From contig JAQGDQ010000260.1 in assembly GCA_030141605.1 (NCBI GenBank), positions 257,283 to 321,282 on the forward strand: a stretch of 64,000 bases of DNA, read 5' to 3'. The position numbers and the translations under genes were made by a program. The notes beneath the pieces were generated by a model. It was not told the origin of the DNA. It ran no database searches and saw only the letters and a list, made by a program, of their open reading frames with translations. This DNA is from Tubiluchus corallicola (Eukaryota > Animalia > Priapulida). Shown here one piece after another: positions 22,145-35,710 of this stretch; within the stretch, counting starts at the first letter, position 1; every line of letters starts with the position of its first letter.

Positions 22145-22250
22145 TACTAAATTAGAAGTCTGAAAAATTCTACACTTCCGCTAAGACTTGAACGAATCCA
22201 AGACCTTTTGGTTTTCGGCCAGCTATGCTAGCTATTACGCCATAGGTATA
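22145..22250 (-). mobile_element. tRNA-derived SINE-like head
   Basis: Minus strand TGGCGTAATAGCTAGC (A-box-like) ... AGGTCTTGG..GTTCAAGTC (B-box), followed by GAATTTTTCAG; no intact cloverleaf. Confidence 0.5.
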
Positions 22251-22457
22251 CTTTGACTTTTCAGATTAAGGAATTTACGTTATAAGCTAGTACAGGTCTC
22301 TCAAGGCATACGTTTGACATTTATTAAAGGTCACATTTTCTACTTCACTTTACACTAACCCTCCCCAAAATACACTAGTCAACGTAAATCAGTTAATCAA
22401 ACGAACTGCAGACTTCATCATTTACGCCACACAACGACATCACTCACGGAATCATTG

Positions 22458-23022
22458 GGCGTAACCTGACCAGGATTCAGGATCTCGGTCGCTTTTCCTT
22501 TAATCCCAAACCTAGCCTTAAACCTTAATCTTCAAGCCTACTTAATAAAAATAATGTTTCGTTAACGTTTTTTAAAGCGTCTAATTAGTTTTTTGCCTGT
22601 TAGTTTTGTGTGTTTGTAATGTGTCTTTTATTTAAAATATGTCCTGTGTACAGCCGAGTATTTTAACTTTTCTTACAAAGCTATGTACTTAAAATAAATT
22701 TTATGTAAAAATAAAATAGAATACAGTATAAGACCTTTATCAATCAATGATATTATTACCAAAAATTCATCATGCTTTATGAAATAAAATATTAATGGTA
22801 AGTAATTTCACTAAAGCTGCTGCCAGCATATCCACTGGTGGTCCTTTCCTCAGTGGTCCTTGTCCACCGCCTAATTGGTTGACCTTTGACAGCTTTCAAA
22901 GTGGAGAAGTGGTCCTTTCTCCGGTGGTCCGTTGTCCAGGGTGCTACTTTGTCCGGCGGTCCTTTCTACAGTGGTCCTTTGAGCGGTGGCCCTTTATCCG
23001 GCGGTCCTTTGACCTACAGCCT
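22458..23022. mobile_element. Degenerate element with ~15-bp GGTGGTCCTTTGTCC arrays at its right end
   Basis: About 10 diverged GTGGTCCTTT units at 22837-23012 ending TGACCTACAGCC; AAACCTAGCCTTAAACC tract near the putative left end. The left boundary is uncertain. Confidence 0.45.
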
Positions 23023-23689
23023 TCTTATACACTTGGTTTGAACATATAAATTTGTGCTCAAACCTTTCCTGCCGACAAGTAGATTATAGCAAATAAGCGA
23101 CGGCGTCATTTTCTTGTTATTTTAATATAAATGTCACTTTCTTTGCTACTTAAATTGGTTTTAAATTTATTGGCTAACTGATTGATTAGCCTTTTGCCAA
23201 CATTTTGCCTCTATACAGCATTTGTGTAAGAGTTCTCACAAAACAGAAAGCAAGTGGACAATGTAGCGTGCATTTATCAGACTGCAGCGCCATCTTACTT
23301 GGCATTGTGAAATATAATGTTTTCTGTATAATATTTTCACAGTATATTAGCGCGATAGAAGCAAGTGAGTTGTCACGAAATGCGCTTAGCAACCACAGTT
23401 AGGAGACATCGATCTTGGTCAATAAGTGGGTGGGTGTCCTCCCTCGAACTGGCTTTGGGCGGCGTCACCTGAAATGTTACCACACTTGAATCCGAATATT
23501 GGCATGAATCTCTTCAGTTATACGTGTCTATTTAAATGATTAACTTTAATAATAAGTTGGGTTTCAATTCTGTCGTAAGCATGTCCTGTGGTTGTGAGTT
23601 GTATTCTGGCTGGCAGAATATCAAGCTTTTATATAAGAATTTTTGAAAGGAGTTTATTACAACTCCTACGTAATATAAATACCTCACCC

Positions 23690-23812
23690 CCAACCCTAAT
23701 CCTAATATTAACCTCAGCCTTAACTCTAATCCCAACCTTAACCCATCCTAACCCTATCTCTAACAGAAACTCAAACCCTAACCCTAATCCTAATACTAAT
23801 CCTGACCCTAAT
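23690..23812. repeat. Degenerate telomere-like (TAACCC)n interstitial tract
   Basis: About 20 diverged hexamers such as AACCCTAACCCTAATCCTAAT. Confidence 0.8.
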
Positions 23813-24069
23813 TTGTTGTGTGTGGGGAATTGTAAACTTTAGCCGAATTTTATGCACAAGCATAAAAATTATTTATATGCGCTTAATTTTAACTTGTAAA
23901 GGCCTTTTGTATGATGTGAGGTTTTTAAGTTTTTAAACAGTGGAAATAAATAAGTTTACGTGAACATATATATACTTTATGTACTTAAACTGTATATTTG
24001 CTTTCTGTATGTTTTATTCCAAAGGTAATATTGGTAAGCATCACAGGCAATTGTTTACCCTTGCAACAA

Positions 24070-24440
24070 TGTTGTGGAGATCGCTGGCATCTATTAGAAT
24101 TAAATAGAACATTGTAGAATGTTCCATTAGAATAATCGTCTTATCTTGTAGAATGTTCTAGAATGAAACGTCTAGAATGTTCTCTGGCACCCTATGTAAG
24201 GCGAAGCAGGGCGCTTAGACGGGGACACACAGATTCACACGGACGCCACGTACACATTCTCTTGTATACTTGCATTTTCAGATACACTCAAACGTTTTCC
24301 AAATTTTCACGTTTAGTGTAATCATTTCGCGTTCCTTCATACTTTTGTGTTGTAGAATTCTCGCTTAATAAACTAGTTTAATTTGATGAAGTGTTTTCTG
24401 GTTTTCTCTACAAGCGTTCCGAGAGAAACAAAACACAACA
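24070..24440 (+). mobile_element. Solo LTR of an LTR retrotransposon (371 bp)
   Basis: Ends TGTTGTG...CACAACA (TG...CA, 7-bp inverted); 5-bp TSD AACAA on both sides; TAGAATGTTC repeats in the U3-like part; AATAAA at ~24367. Confidence 0.85.
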
Positions 24441-24903
24441 AACAATATGTTGCCAGTACATGTATTTACTTTTGTTGTGGTACATAGAATAGTTGTTGTA
24501 GTACTTAAGAAAAGAACAATTTGTAAATATAACTTATTTTGTCGTACAATTTAATGCAATACTTGTACCAGTGCTTTAGAAAACTACTATTTGTAAGGAT
24601 AATTTATTTCTGTCGTAAAACCTGAATTATTATTTCAATCCATGTTTTAATATACGATTTTATGGTGTATCTGAAGGCGGCACTTAAATAAATAAATTTT
24701 TAATTTAACCAAATCTAATCAATATAAGAACAATTGAGTAATCAGTTACGTGAGTAGTCTATAGTGAAGTATTTTTATGAGTAGTATTCTGTAGCTTATG
24801 TCCTGTCTCCACAGTCACTCTTGCTTGTGAGTAGTAATGCTCAATAGTTTTTGCCTCTCAGCTGCATTGCAGACAACGTGCTTTTATAGACCACGGTCTA
24901 CTG

Positions 24904-25130
<227 letters not shown>

Positions 25131-26324
25131 ATGTTATTGACAATAATAACAATTGTTATATAATCCATCAATAACATTGCAAAAACGAACATTGAGGTAT
25201 AAAAAATACATGTTAACAAGAAATAACAACACAGCGCGAGTTAATCGTAAATTTTCAAAATTCTGACAAGAATTTACAAGAAAGTTCAGGCTCTAAATCA
25301 ACAGCATAAATATTTCTAATTGGCTTAGATGATCTACAATGTGTAATAAAATGCGACTCGTCTTGATAGACATTATCAACCTACATACCCTTTTATCACA
25401 AGGAATGGGTGGCCTGGTCTATCACCTGTCTCAGTCCTCAGATAATGAGACGATAGCATAAACCTACTAAAACTGATTCGTGTAGAATAGGGAGATAGCA
25501 GACGAATAAATTGCATATTGTACTAACGCAGGGTTGAGGGCCTCATTGCAAGTATACCGACTTTTGTTTACACTTGTAACGCGAATATTCACTACAACGT
25601 TGTCATTACAGCTTTTGTAAGTAGTACTGTTATGTATCTTATGGACCATTACTTATTAGTTCATACTATTAAACATAAAAGGCGTTTTCATAGGTTTTAA
25701 CTTCTGCCCCATTGCAGGATTTCACACATTGGCATAAGGGGCGCACTCTCGTGTTTTTTTTAGTTTTTGGCCATTATATATAAGCGTGTCAAACCTGGTC
25801 CAAGTAATTTGACACTGCAGTTTTTGACCGTTCTTGCATTTTCCAGAGTTGAGTAGTGGGGTTCAGTAGTGCCTACTGCCTAGTTCGATGTGCAGTTGTG
25901 ATCAATATGTTTAGATAGCTTCCGACATGATGTAAGATTGCAGTCAGCTTACAAGTACTGTTATTGTATTGTTAATGATACAGTATAGCAGTCGACGTAT
26001 TTGTAGTTCTATTGTACCGCATCTTCTGAGGTATTACTGGACCTCACACAGTTGTAAGTGGTGTGGTTTAGTAGCCTTAATATCACTACAGTGTTTTAAT
26101 ACTGAGTATGACTAATTAGCCTTGAAGTTTTTGGCTGAAGTAGAGTTATATTTAGTTGTGTATATATATATATATATATAGCTTCATAGCCTTGGTGAAT
26201 TGTAGCTTTAGACAAATTTTAATAGGTTGATAGAACTGTCAGTGCCTTCTATAAGCAAGTTCTGTAGTACTTGTGTTGCTTAAATAATATATCCAGTGGT
26301 CAGGCGCAACTGCCACAGTGTGCT

Positions 26325-26405
26325 CTGCCCAACTGTCCACTACCTAAATGTCCTATTGCCCAAACATCCACTACCCAAATGTTCACTGCCCAAATGTCCA
26401 CAACT
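26325..26405. repeat. ~15-bp tandem repeat (CTGCCCAAATGTCCA), ~5 copies
   Basis: Diverged units seen directly; typical of foldback-element termini. Confidence 0.65.
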
Positions 26406-27932
26406 CATTTGTTCAACCAAATGTCTGCTGTTAATGTGATGTTTTCCTGACGACCCAATGTTTACATACAGTGGTTTACAAGTATACTAAATGAAATAAA
26501 ATGTAGACCTACTTCACACTGGGACCATTGCTGGTTTTCAAATCCGTGTTCCAGGTTCCCTGATCACTTTTCGGCTGTCAACCATCGACTTTTGTGCAAT
26601 TTGGCCTATAAAGAGGTATTTGACACACAGGAAAAAACAAACAAACAAAAAAAACAGATAAACTGCATAATATCTAGAAAAATTAAACATGCAGACTTTG
26701 TAATGTTTAGCGTTTGTAAACATTTACTGCAAACCCAGACCTAAATAAACAACTACTCAATCGCTACTTTTTCAGTTATCTTTATTAATTTATGTCAAAA
26801 CAGTTACAAGCAAAAATTATTGTTAATCATGAGTCACACTATCACACTCACTCAGTCACCGGTATATTTACAAAAATTACTGTTAACTGCGCTCCCATTT
26901 ATTTGAGGAATAGTAACAACCCTTATTTTGGGACCTGACATTTTCATGGACACCAATCACTTAATTTCTTATTACCAGCGTTAGATGGCAGCACGTAACC
27001 AGTCCCGATAGCAGAATGAGCTAAGCTAAGAAACTCCGGTTTGCTGTGTTTTTTTTTTAATCTCAATCAGCAAAATCAATTATGATGACGATGATAATAG
27101 TTATGATGGTCTTGTAGGAAAACAACAATTCCAAAGGTAATGATTACAGACCATTCATGACGATAATGACGAAATCATGAAGTAAAATAATCATCGAAAT
27201 GTCTCGCTCACATTATTCTCTCTCGTTCTCTCTGTCTCTGCACACTTTATTTAGAGATAATTGCAATTTTTCTCTTACAAGCTATACATCACGTAACTAC
27301 ACGTATTTACAAAATTTCGTAGCACTGATCGTTTAGCATGTTATTAATAGTTCTTACCTACAGGCTATACGACATTAATATATACGACATCACAATATAA
27401 TAATCCCCAGCCGGTTAATGTCCATTTTGCTAGATCTAAAAGCAATGGAGTACCACAAGCATTTACTATCACAGATTATTTTAATTTTAGTATTATTAGA
27501 TCATTTCAAATCGCGAAATAATGTAAGATTTTGCATTAACTTCACATATACCTAAAACAGTAGCCCATTTTGCCTCCAAAATTTAGTAAAAAGAAAAAGC
27601 ATGAGCGACTATGCTGCAACTATAAACTAAGTACTGTATTAGCTTATTTACACAACTTGTACAATTTCTGTACACCAACACTGAAATCCCCATTTATTAG
27701 CTTCAGGAAAAGAAATAACTATACTTAATTATCTGTTAGCACCTTTGATTTAACAATATTGCAACATACTGTACACTTACGATCTTACAAGACAGCTACA
27801 TTGAAAACAGAATTATCATCATCATTACCGCCAACTATTATTATTGCATAAGTATATTGCTAATATAGTGTTTTTTACACGGTTGAAAAGTTAAAAATGT
27901 GACTGAAGAAAGCATTAGCCATCATGCGAAAG

Positions 27933-29246
27933 CTAAAGCGTAACATATTCTGTTTTAATAAGCTTTTTCTTGAGCTGACTTGAATCGGTGACATTGTGAA
28001 TTTCTTCACAAATAAGCTCATCGTGACATTGACACCGGTATTCGACTCTTTTGACTGTTGTGGTCCGTTCCGTAAATTCCTCCAATTCTCCTTCTGAAGA
28101 CTTCCGTCTGCCCTTTAGGACATCCTGCCCATCGTCCTCTGTGGATACTTCTATAGCTGTCTTCAGCTTGTCCAGGTTTTGGTAAACCTTCTCTATACTG
28201 TTGTAGCAAGGATTTGACTTGTCTAATTTGGATAATGGCCTGTAGTTTTGTGAGGAAAGCAGTTTGTAGTCTTGCTCAACATAAAACTCGCATTCGTACA
28301 GGACATCTCGTTGTCTTGATCTCCGTGGAGATTCTGGACGACCTGCAACGAGAGTAGTATCTAACTCTGCATCACTGCTTTGTGAATCAGGATCGTCAAG
28401 TGAATCAAAGGCTGAATCTGCACGTTCGTGATGATGGCGAATGTCCATGTCATCGCAGGCAGAATCTGCTTGCTCTAACTCCTTTTCAAATTCGCCCGAG
28501 TTGCGTTTTGCTTTGTTTCTTTCCTTGTTTGCGATTCTCATTTGCTGATAGAATTGTGACAACGTTTCGTTGATCTTTACCAGCTCTTTGTCAAGATTTG
28601 AGAAATGCTCTTTGTGGTCTTCAAGCTGAAGACAACCATTACAAGGTGGCGCTGCTCCCTCTTGACCTTCCACTTCAAAGTCGGCTTGCACTAAAGTATC
28701 AGTAAGCTGTGTGGGGTCATAGGAAACTGAATTCTCGTTGGCAATGGCAAGAAAGTGCTGCTCAAGTTCGCCCAAGAGGCAGTTGACTTTGCTGTATGAA
28801 GGTTGCTTTACATCTTGTGGCTCTATCACATTTTCGTTTTCTTTTACAGGCGAATTAAATGTATAAAATGGTATTTGAAGTGGCTTTGATTTAAGAACGG
28901 CCACTTTCTCTTGTGGAACATTACAAAGTTCTACTGCCCTTTCTGTGTGAACTTCTTCCGCTTTGGGAAGATGCAACGAATCGTCATGGTCCGTATCACT
29001 GGTGTCATAATCTACTAAAACACAGCCGTTCTGAAACATATTGTCCAACTGAGTACCAGAGTCACTACTGAGATTTTTCATTTCGTCAAACAGAGACTCG
29101 TTTTTCCAACCTTGATGGTCAGAGTGCGAGTTGACCAAGCTGTTGAGTTGCTCTTCCTCTAACGAGGATATAGTCTGATTGAGCTGGTTTTCCAATCGCT
29201 GGTTTTCTACTTGAAGCCTCTTGATTTCATTTGTCAGAGCTTCAAT
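27933..29246 (-). CDS. Terminal exon of an uncharacterised coiled-coil/acidic protein (437 codons plus stop)
   Basis: Long stop-free frame (ORF track 27933-29195) extended to acceptor ttttctgtag at 29247, phase 0; starts IEALTNEIKRLQVENQRLENQLNQ (heptad pattern); ends KTEYVTL-stop. Confidence 0.88.
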   Translation of the reverse strand: MEALTNEIKRLQVENQRLENQLNQTISSLEEEQLNSLVNSHSDHQGWKNESLFDEMKNLSSDSGTQLDNMFQNGCVLVDYDTSDTDHDDSLHLPKAEEVHTERAVELCNVPQEKVAVLKSKPLQIPFYTFNSPVKENENVIEPQDVKQPSYSKVNCLLGELEQHFLAIANENSVSYDPTQLTDTLVQADFEVEGQEGAAPPCNGCLQLEDHKEHFSNLDKELVKINETLSQFYQQMRIANKERNKAKRNSGEFEKELEQADSACDDMDIRHHHERADSAFDSLDDPDSQSSDAELDTTLVAGRPESPRRSRQRDVLYECEFYVEQDYKLLSSQNYRPLSKLDKSNPCYNSIEKVYQNLDKLKTAIEVSTEDDGQDVLKGRRKSSEGELEEFTERTTTVKRVEYRCQCHDELICEEIHNVTDSSQLKKKLIKTEYVTL

Positions 29247-29816
29247 CTACAGAAAAATCAATGCAACGTGTGATTAATACAACACGTATGTACCTAGCAT
29301 TCTAGCAATCTGTAACACGACAATGATATGGGGTTTAATATAGATTTTTATTTATTTATTTGGCTGATTTGTACAAACATACACATTATGCACATTGTCA
29401 AATTATATACACATATTTCAAAACAGCAGTAGCAATAATACGTTGATTAGGGGATAAGGGTGACCAACTTTGGAATGAGGAGGAGCGTAAGCTTTCGTGC
29501 CTCACACCTGGTTTGTGGCAAGCATAATTTTAATGATTCTTAACTGCGTTTCAGAACTATTTCGAATTCCTAATAATGATTGTCCGGAAAAATAATGGAC
29601 GAATCTTGCCCTATTTACAAATTTAGACAAAATGAATAGATTGCTCGCCATCTGTAACAAATTCCCTCTTCCCTTTTCTTAACCTTCGAAAAAATGCTAG
29701 GATGAATAACAAACTGAGTGGATTACGTTAAATTCAAGAGCATATTACACTAGCGAAATACGTGTAATGAAAGAGTTTAAGCCTTTAATCGAACTCCTAT
29801 GGATTGGCCAATGTAC

Positions 29817-30072
29817 CTCATAAGAAAATCCAGCATTTTCCTTTCGTAGCTGTTGGAGCTCCTTCTGCGGGGATTTTAACAAGCTCATTTGGCCCTGCAA
29901 GGAGATAAACCTCTCTTCCAGCTCTTCATAATCCCGGAGTTTCCATCGCTGGTGATCCACTTCCTCACGCATCTCTGACACTTTTTGCTTTAGACTTTCT
30001 GCCTTCTCTGTTAATTCTTTGTTGGCAATTTTTAGTCGCTCATTTTCGGTCGTGATGTCATCTTTGTGGAAA
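29817..30072 (-). CDS. Internal coiled-coil exon (FHKDDITTENERLKIANKELTEKAESLKQKV...AGFSYE)
   Basis: Acceptor ccattctag, donor GAG|gtacat; phase 2 to 0, matching both neighbours; clear heptad periodicity. Confidence 0.87.
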
Positions 30073-30214
30073 CTAGAATGGAACAAAACAAGAAAATAGA
30101 GTTAACAAAGTTATAATATAAAGCAGCAATAAGAAAACTAAATAAAATATATATGTAGGTTACTATTTATTAGGGACAACATTCATTAAAATTGAAGTAA
30201 GTTTTTCTGATTTA

Positions 30215-30574
30215 TAACAACAGCAGCAGCAGCAGTGACAGCGATAGCAGCGACACCAAAACCAACACCATCGCCAATGCCAACAAGAATGACAATGATA
30301 ACGACAATGACAATAACAGCATGATATAACCATGATTATCTATTCAGATTTGACCACAGAAACAAGCAATTTTTGCAGGATACACCATTAGTAGCAGAAG
30401 TTATTTCAACTGCTAAACAATAAAAATCAAGAAATAAATTCTTTCGAGTTATTGCAGTGTAATTTTCTAAGCAAAAACCAACTGTTAGAGCAGTCACCGT
30501 GACAATGACAACAACAATAACAATGAGAATGACAACAACAACTTTAACAACTACAGTAGCAGCAGTAACCACCA

Positions 30575-30605
<31 letters not shown>

Positions 30606-30790
30606 CAACAACAACAACAACAACAGCAACAACAACAACAGTAGTAGCAACAGCCAGCAGCAGCAACATACAGCAAAAGCAACAGCAGCAGCAACAACAG
30701 TAATGACAGCGGCCGCGGCAATGACAAGGATTATGACAACAACAACGACAATGGCGTTGGTTTTTATTTTTACAACAACAACAAGAATGA
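30215..30790. repeat. Intronic (CAA/CAG)n degenerate trinucleotide tracts
   Basis: Two tracts, ~30215-30335 and ~30500-30790. Confidence 0.85.
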
Positions 30791-30929
30791 TTTATAGTGA
30801 CTTTATTGCACTACTGCTCTCTGAATTATTTAAATTGGTAATCAACTGCAGTTAAGTTCAGCATTGTCATTGTTTTCACCGGACGCAACCACAGTTTCTC
30901 AGTTACTCATCACTTCACTTAACACACAC

Positions 30930-31084
30930 CTGAGTTTACGTAATCGGCGTAGTTCAGCCTCTAACTCTATCAGTGTAGACCTCCATTGATCAGTTATTCG
31001 CTCTGTCTCTTCTTGTATTCGTTCTTCGTAATTCTCCTCCTCCGCGGCCAGATGTTTTGTCACGAGTCGACATCGTTCTAGTGC
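30930..31084 (-). CDS. Internal coiled-coil exon (ALERCRLVTKHLAAEEENYEERIQEE...LEAELRRLRKL)
   Basis: Acceptor gttttacag, donor AG|gtgtgt; 155 nt, phase 0 to 2. Confidence 0.87.
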
Positions 31085-31686
31085 CTGTAAAACAAACAAA
31101 AACAACCTGCATATCATATAGAAGAACAATGCAATTTCACAAAATTGACACAGTGTTAATAATAACAAAGAAAAATTACTAATAATAACAACAAGAAAAA
31201 ATACTTCAGTTACGGGAAATTAAGCATTTTATTAGTCAATATCAGTAAATGAAACTTCTGTTGAAACTGCAAGGTCTCGTCTACAGTCTTTTCGTCATTA
31301 CATCTGAGGTTCCTAGCATTTTTTACACCCTTAAACAAAATATTTGACAGCATCTGTATCTTTCAACTTAGTGTGACACTTCAAGAATCAAGGTCAAGGC
31401 ACCCACTAATTTTGTCGGTTAAAGACTTATGACATTTTGGACTTGACCCCCGAATTACTTTTTGGAGTCCGTGGAATTAAAAAGTGAATTGTGGCGCGAA
31501 ACTGAAATTCAACTGAAATTAATAATACAGTAACTTTTTAAAACCTTGACTTAATGACGCATTATAACTTACTGTTATCTAAACATGTATCTAAAAGTCA
31601 CATGGGGTAGATCTATACCTAAGTCACGAGGGTTTTTAAAGTTCAAATGTCTATTTAGTCATTCTGTAACTTGCTTGCCTGCTTAC

Positions 31687-31848
31687 TTCGTTTTCTGAAG
31701 ATGGCGTCAGGAAACGACACGATGAATGAACAACATTAATGACTAGGTTGCTGCTGTCATTAGTGTTTTTGTAAAGGTTTTGCTTTATTTGAATAGCGTT
31801 AACAGCAGAACAAAATAAAATAATAGCAGTTGGAATCAGTCGGGCCAT
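31687..31848 (-). CDS. Candidate first coding exon of the coiled-coil gene, with a signal-peptide-like start (MARLIPTAIILFCSAVNA...SENE)
   Basis: AGAATGG start context; exactly 54 codons to a GAA|gtaagc donor; phase 0 matches the acceptor at 31084. Confidence 0.45.
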
Positions 31849-32915
31849 TCTTCATTTTTCAAGTAGCTCAGAAATAGCCATAAGACAGTGAGTTTCTAAA
31901 ACAATTTTCTTATTTCCTCTAGCTATTTCCTGCATATGGATAAGCAGACATCGCGACAATGACTGCCTGCCAACAGTCCAACACCAATGCATTGCTTTAA
32001 AAGTGTGCAAAATCATAGTGTTCAGTACAGGCAACGAAATACCAATCACCCTAATTTCGGCCATACTTTCTCAGTCTGTCAATTTGGACATCTCGCTATA
32101 CAGCATTATCTGTGTCATGGTAAATATTTGCTGCCGTAGTTATGATATCAGCTTATATGTACGAATTGTCTAAACGTCAGCTTAGTGGGCATTGTTTGCA
32201 AATTACTTAAGTAAACGGAAACAATGATTTACTCATCAATTAGGGCATAATTTATTGGATGCACAAGATTTCAGCCAATAACAATCAAACTATAGCGATA
32301 GTTAGTTACTTCCTACACAAACTGTCACTGTGGTCTGTGTTAACTTAGCCACATACTTAACTGGGTTATTGAAATGCAAAACGCACAATCTTGACGAAAC
32401 GGTTTTTGTATGTTTTGTTTCGAGCACGGTATGCTCAACACACGAACATGTCTGCCTGCCATACGTGTGGCCTAGATCTGCCAACGCTAACAAGCCACGT
32501 TTGAATTAAGCCATGTAATTAAACTTAATAAGCGTAAACCAACACTGTTTTTAACTAGGAGGTATTCAGCAGTTGAAAGAAACAGAATTGTTCTAAATTC
32601 TTGAAACTGAACAGCCAAAAAGCTAACGACTTGCTATTGTGTTTTCTAACCATGCAAACAAGCTTAGAAACGTGCTGTTCTACATTCTTTGCTGACGAAT
32701 TGCTTTTTGCATAGAATCAAAAATTGACATTTTTAAATAATTTTCAAGATCAACTTAAAATTAAAATCAGTTGACTTAAATAATAAATAAATTAGTAAAG
32801 TAAATAAATAAGCTGCGAAACAAATAAGTAATAAACGGCATAAACAAACAAACAAGCAAACAAACTAACAAACACACAAAGAAACAAACAAACAAATAAC
32901 AAACAAGCAACTAGA

Positions 32916-33776
32916 TAGGGGAGAGTTAGGCATATTGAAAAAGTTTCTATATTGGACCTTTGTAATATCAGTTCACTGTTAATGACTCAGTTTCTTTGCA
33001 AAAGAACGTAGTTGACTTCATTTACTAAAAAGTGATGGCAAGCAAACATGCAAACTTATTTTTTGTGCATATTTTCTAAGAGATAATGCGTAACAGATGT
33101 GGGTGAACAATAGCAAATGCCACTATAGACCAACGTTACATAGGTTCACATAGGTTCTAATTTGACCCTAGTGTCTGAATAAATTTCATTGAAAATGACT
33201 GTATTGTTTGCTTGGCATTGCGCTATATCTGTAACACACGATTTTGCTATATTGGACCACCTTAAAATTTTATATTGAACAAATGGTCTAAGATAGGATA
33301 TAGGATGTAAAGTATGCAGCGGACCAACATAGAAGACCAGTGGTTCAATATAAGCTATTGGGATTCATGTATGTTGTATACTCATCTTTTTGTTTGAGCA
33401 CTATTATTAATAAACCATGGCACTCAGTTTATTTTAATTTTGCATAAATTATTTCCAATATAATATGTGAATAAATTTAAAAAGTCTGATTTATCTCATT
33501 TTGGTGTAACCAAGGAAATCGCTTGGAAACGGGTTTAGAAAAAACCTTAGCGACTTAGTTTCCAAATTTAATTTCCTAATCAATAAAATACGTTAATAAT
33601 AATTGATAAGGACCAAAGTTTATATTTTTAACAAGTACTTAGAATGCCTAAGGGTCTCTAAGTGCATAAGTGCATCTATGCTTAAGTGCAGCTGTTTAAC
33701 AACCATAGCTTCTCTTTTGCAAGAATTAATTTTGATGCAGTGAAGTAGGTTCCTTAGGGGTCCAATATACCCTAAA
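32916..33776. mobile_element. Degenerate DNA-transposon relic with ATATTGGACC / GGTCCAATAT subterminal motifs
   Basis: Starts TAGGGGAGAGTTAGGCATATTG; ATATTGGACC at ~32949 and ~33249, and in reverse orientation at ~33342 and ~33759. Confidence 0.4.
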
Positions 33777-33944
33777 TAAATAACAATGAATATCAACATA
33801 TTGAAACACCAGAAAAATTGTTTTATGACACTGAATTTTAAAGTGGTGGAGATTTCATATAATTATTGCACTATATATAATAAAAAGGAGCTTAAGTGGT
33901 GCAATTTCGTATAATAATTTAATTTTAAAATGATAGGTGATTAC

Positions 33945-34240
33945 GATGTGGTATACTATTGTGAGGCATGGTAGAGTGTGGCATGATTGTGGTAAGGTGT
34001 ACTGTTGTGACTTGATGTGATGAGTGGTATAATGATGTGATGTAGTGTCGTACAGCGTTGTGTGGCATGCCCTAATATAATGTGGCGCGCTGTGTTACGG
34101 TATGATGTGATTGCATATACCACGTATAGTACGCCGTGATGTGATGTGTCATGACTATGCCGTGCTGTGGTTTGATATGGTAAGCTGAGGTGTGTCCTTT
34201 TGTGTTGTGTTATGATTTATTATGTTGTGATGTGTTGTCG
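33945..34240. repeat. Degenerate (TGTGA/TGTGG)n pentamer repeat
   Basis: Five-base periodicity visible. Confidence 0.7.
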
Positions 34241-35011
34241 TTTTAATAACTACAATGATCTTTTTCCCGGCGCAATGGGCACACTCCAGATTGGTGGCCT
34301 TTTACAGATAATCTCCTCCAGTTTCAGAAAGCGCTTGCAATAAGTGTGTTAATACAACTGGGTGAGTTGGTTAGTATTATCTATAGCACCACATAAAACA
34401 CGGTGTAAGTTTGTAACAAGCTACGGCTATCAATTATGTATAGATGACTGCATAAAGAGAGGCCCATTGTGAGTCAGCGCAGCTCTCCAAGTTGGTAATG
34501 AACTTCCTAGTTGGCCAAAAAATTCCAATCATCTGTGTATCAATCTCAAGGTAAAGCAACACGAGACGAACGCGCTTTAAACAAGCAGCTATTGTGATCG
34601 GTTATTGGCCATGTTTTTGTGAAAAACACGCGGCAAAATTTCTTTTCTGTCGCGTCTTTGTCCCGTAAAGATACCTTATTTGCTACTGTTAAAACGTAAG
34701 CATTCCAGGGGTTCTAATAGTTCCAGTAGGAAATTCCGTCAAATGAAAAGCATAACATTGCGCAGGTTTCAATAAAATTGTGTTGCTTTATCGCTCGCTT
34801 CGTCGATCTTCGTTTTCTGTTTCCTATTTTTATTCATTAATGTAATGCAGGCACATGAAATCAAATACTTTTACAACCTTCACCGTCTGTCGCACTTGTT
34901 TTATGTGAAAAGTCCACCTTTTTATATCATGTATTTCTATGAGACATAACGTAGTAAATGTATACTTCGTCGCAACCTTAACTTTGGAATAAGTTATAAA
35001 GGCTTTTTAAA

Positions 35012-35710
<699 letters not shown>

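Noticed and set aside
22145-22250. Functional tRNA gene
   Set aside because: A/B-box-like motifs are present, but no consistent acceptor or anticodon stems; treated as SINE-like.
23690-23812. True telomere or chromosome-fusion site
   Set aside because: Short, highly degenerate, in a single orientation; similar TAACCC tracts sit inside repeat elements at 5.3 and 22.5 kb.
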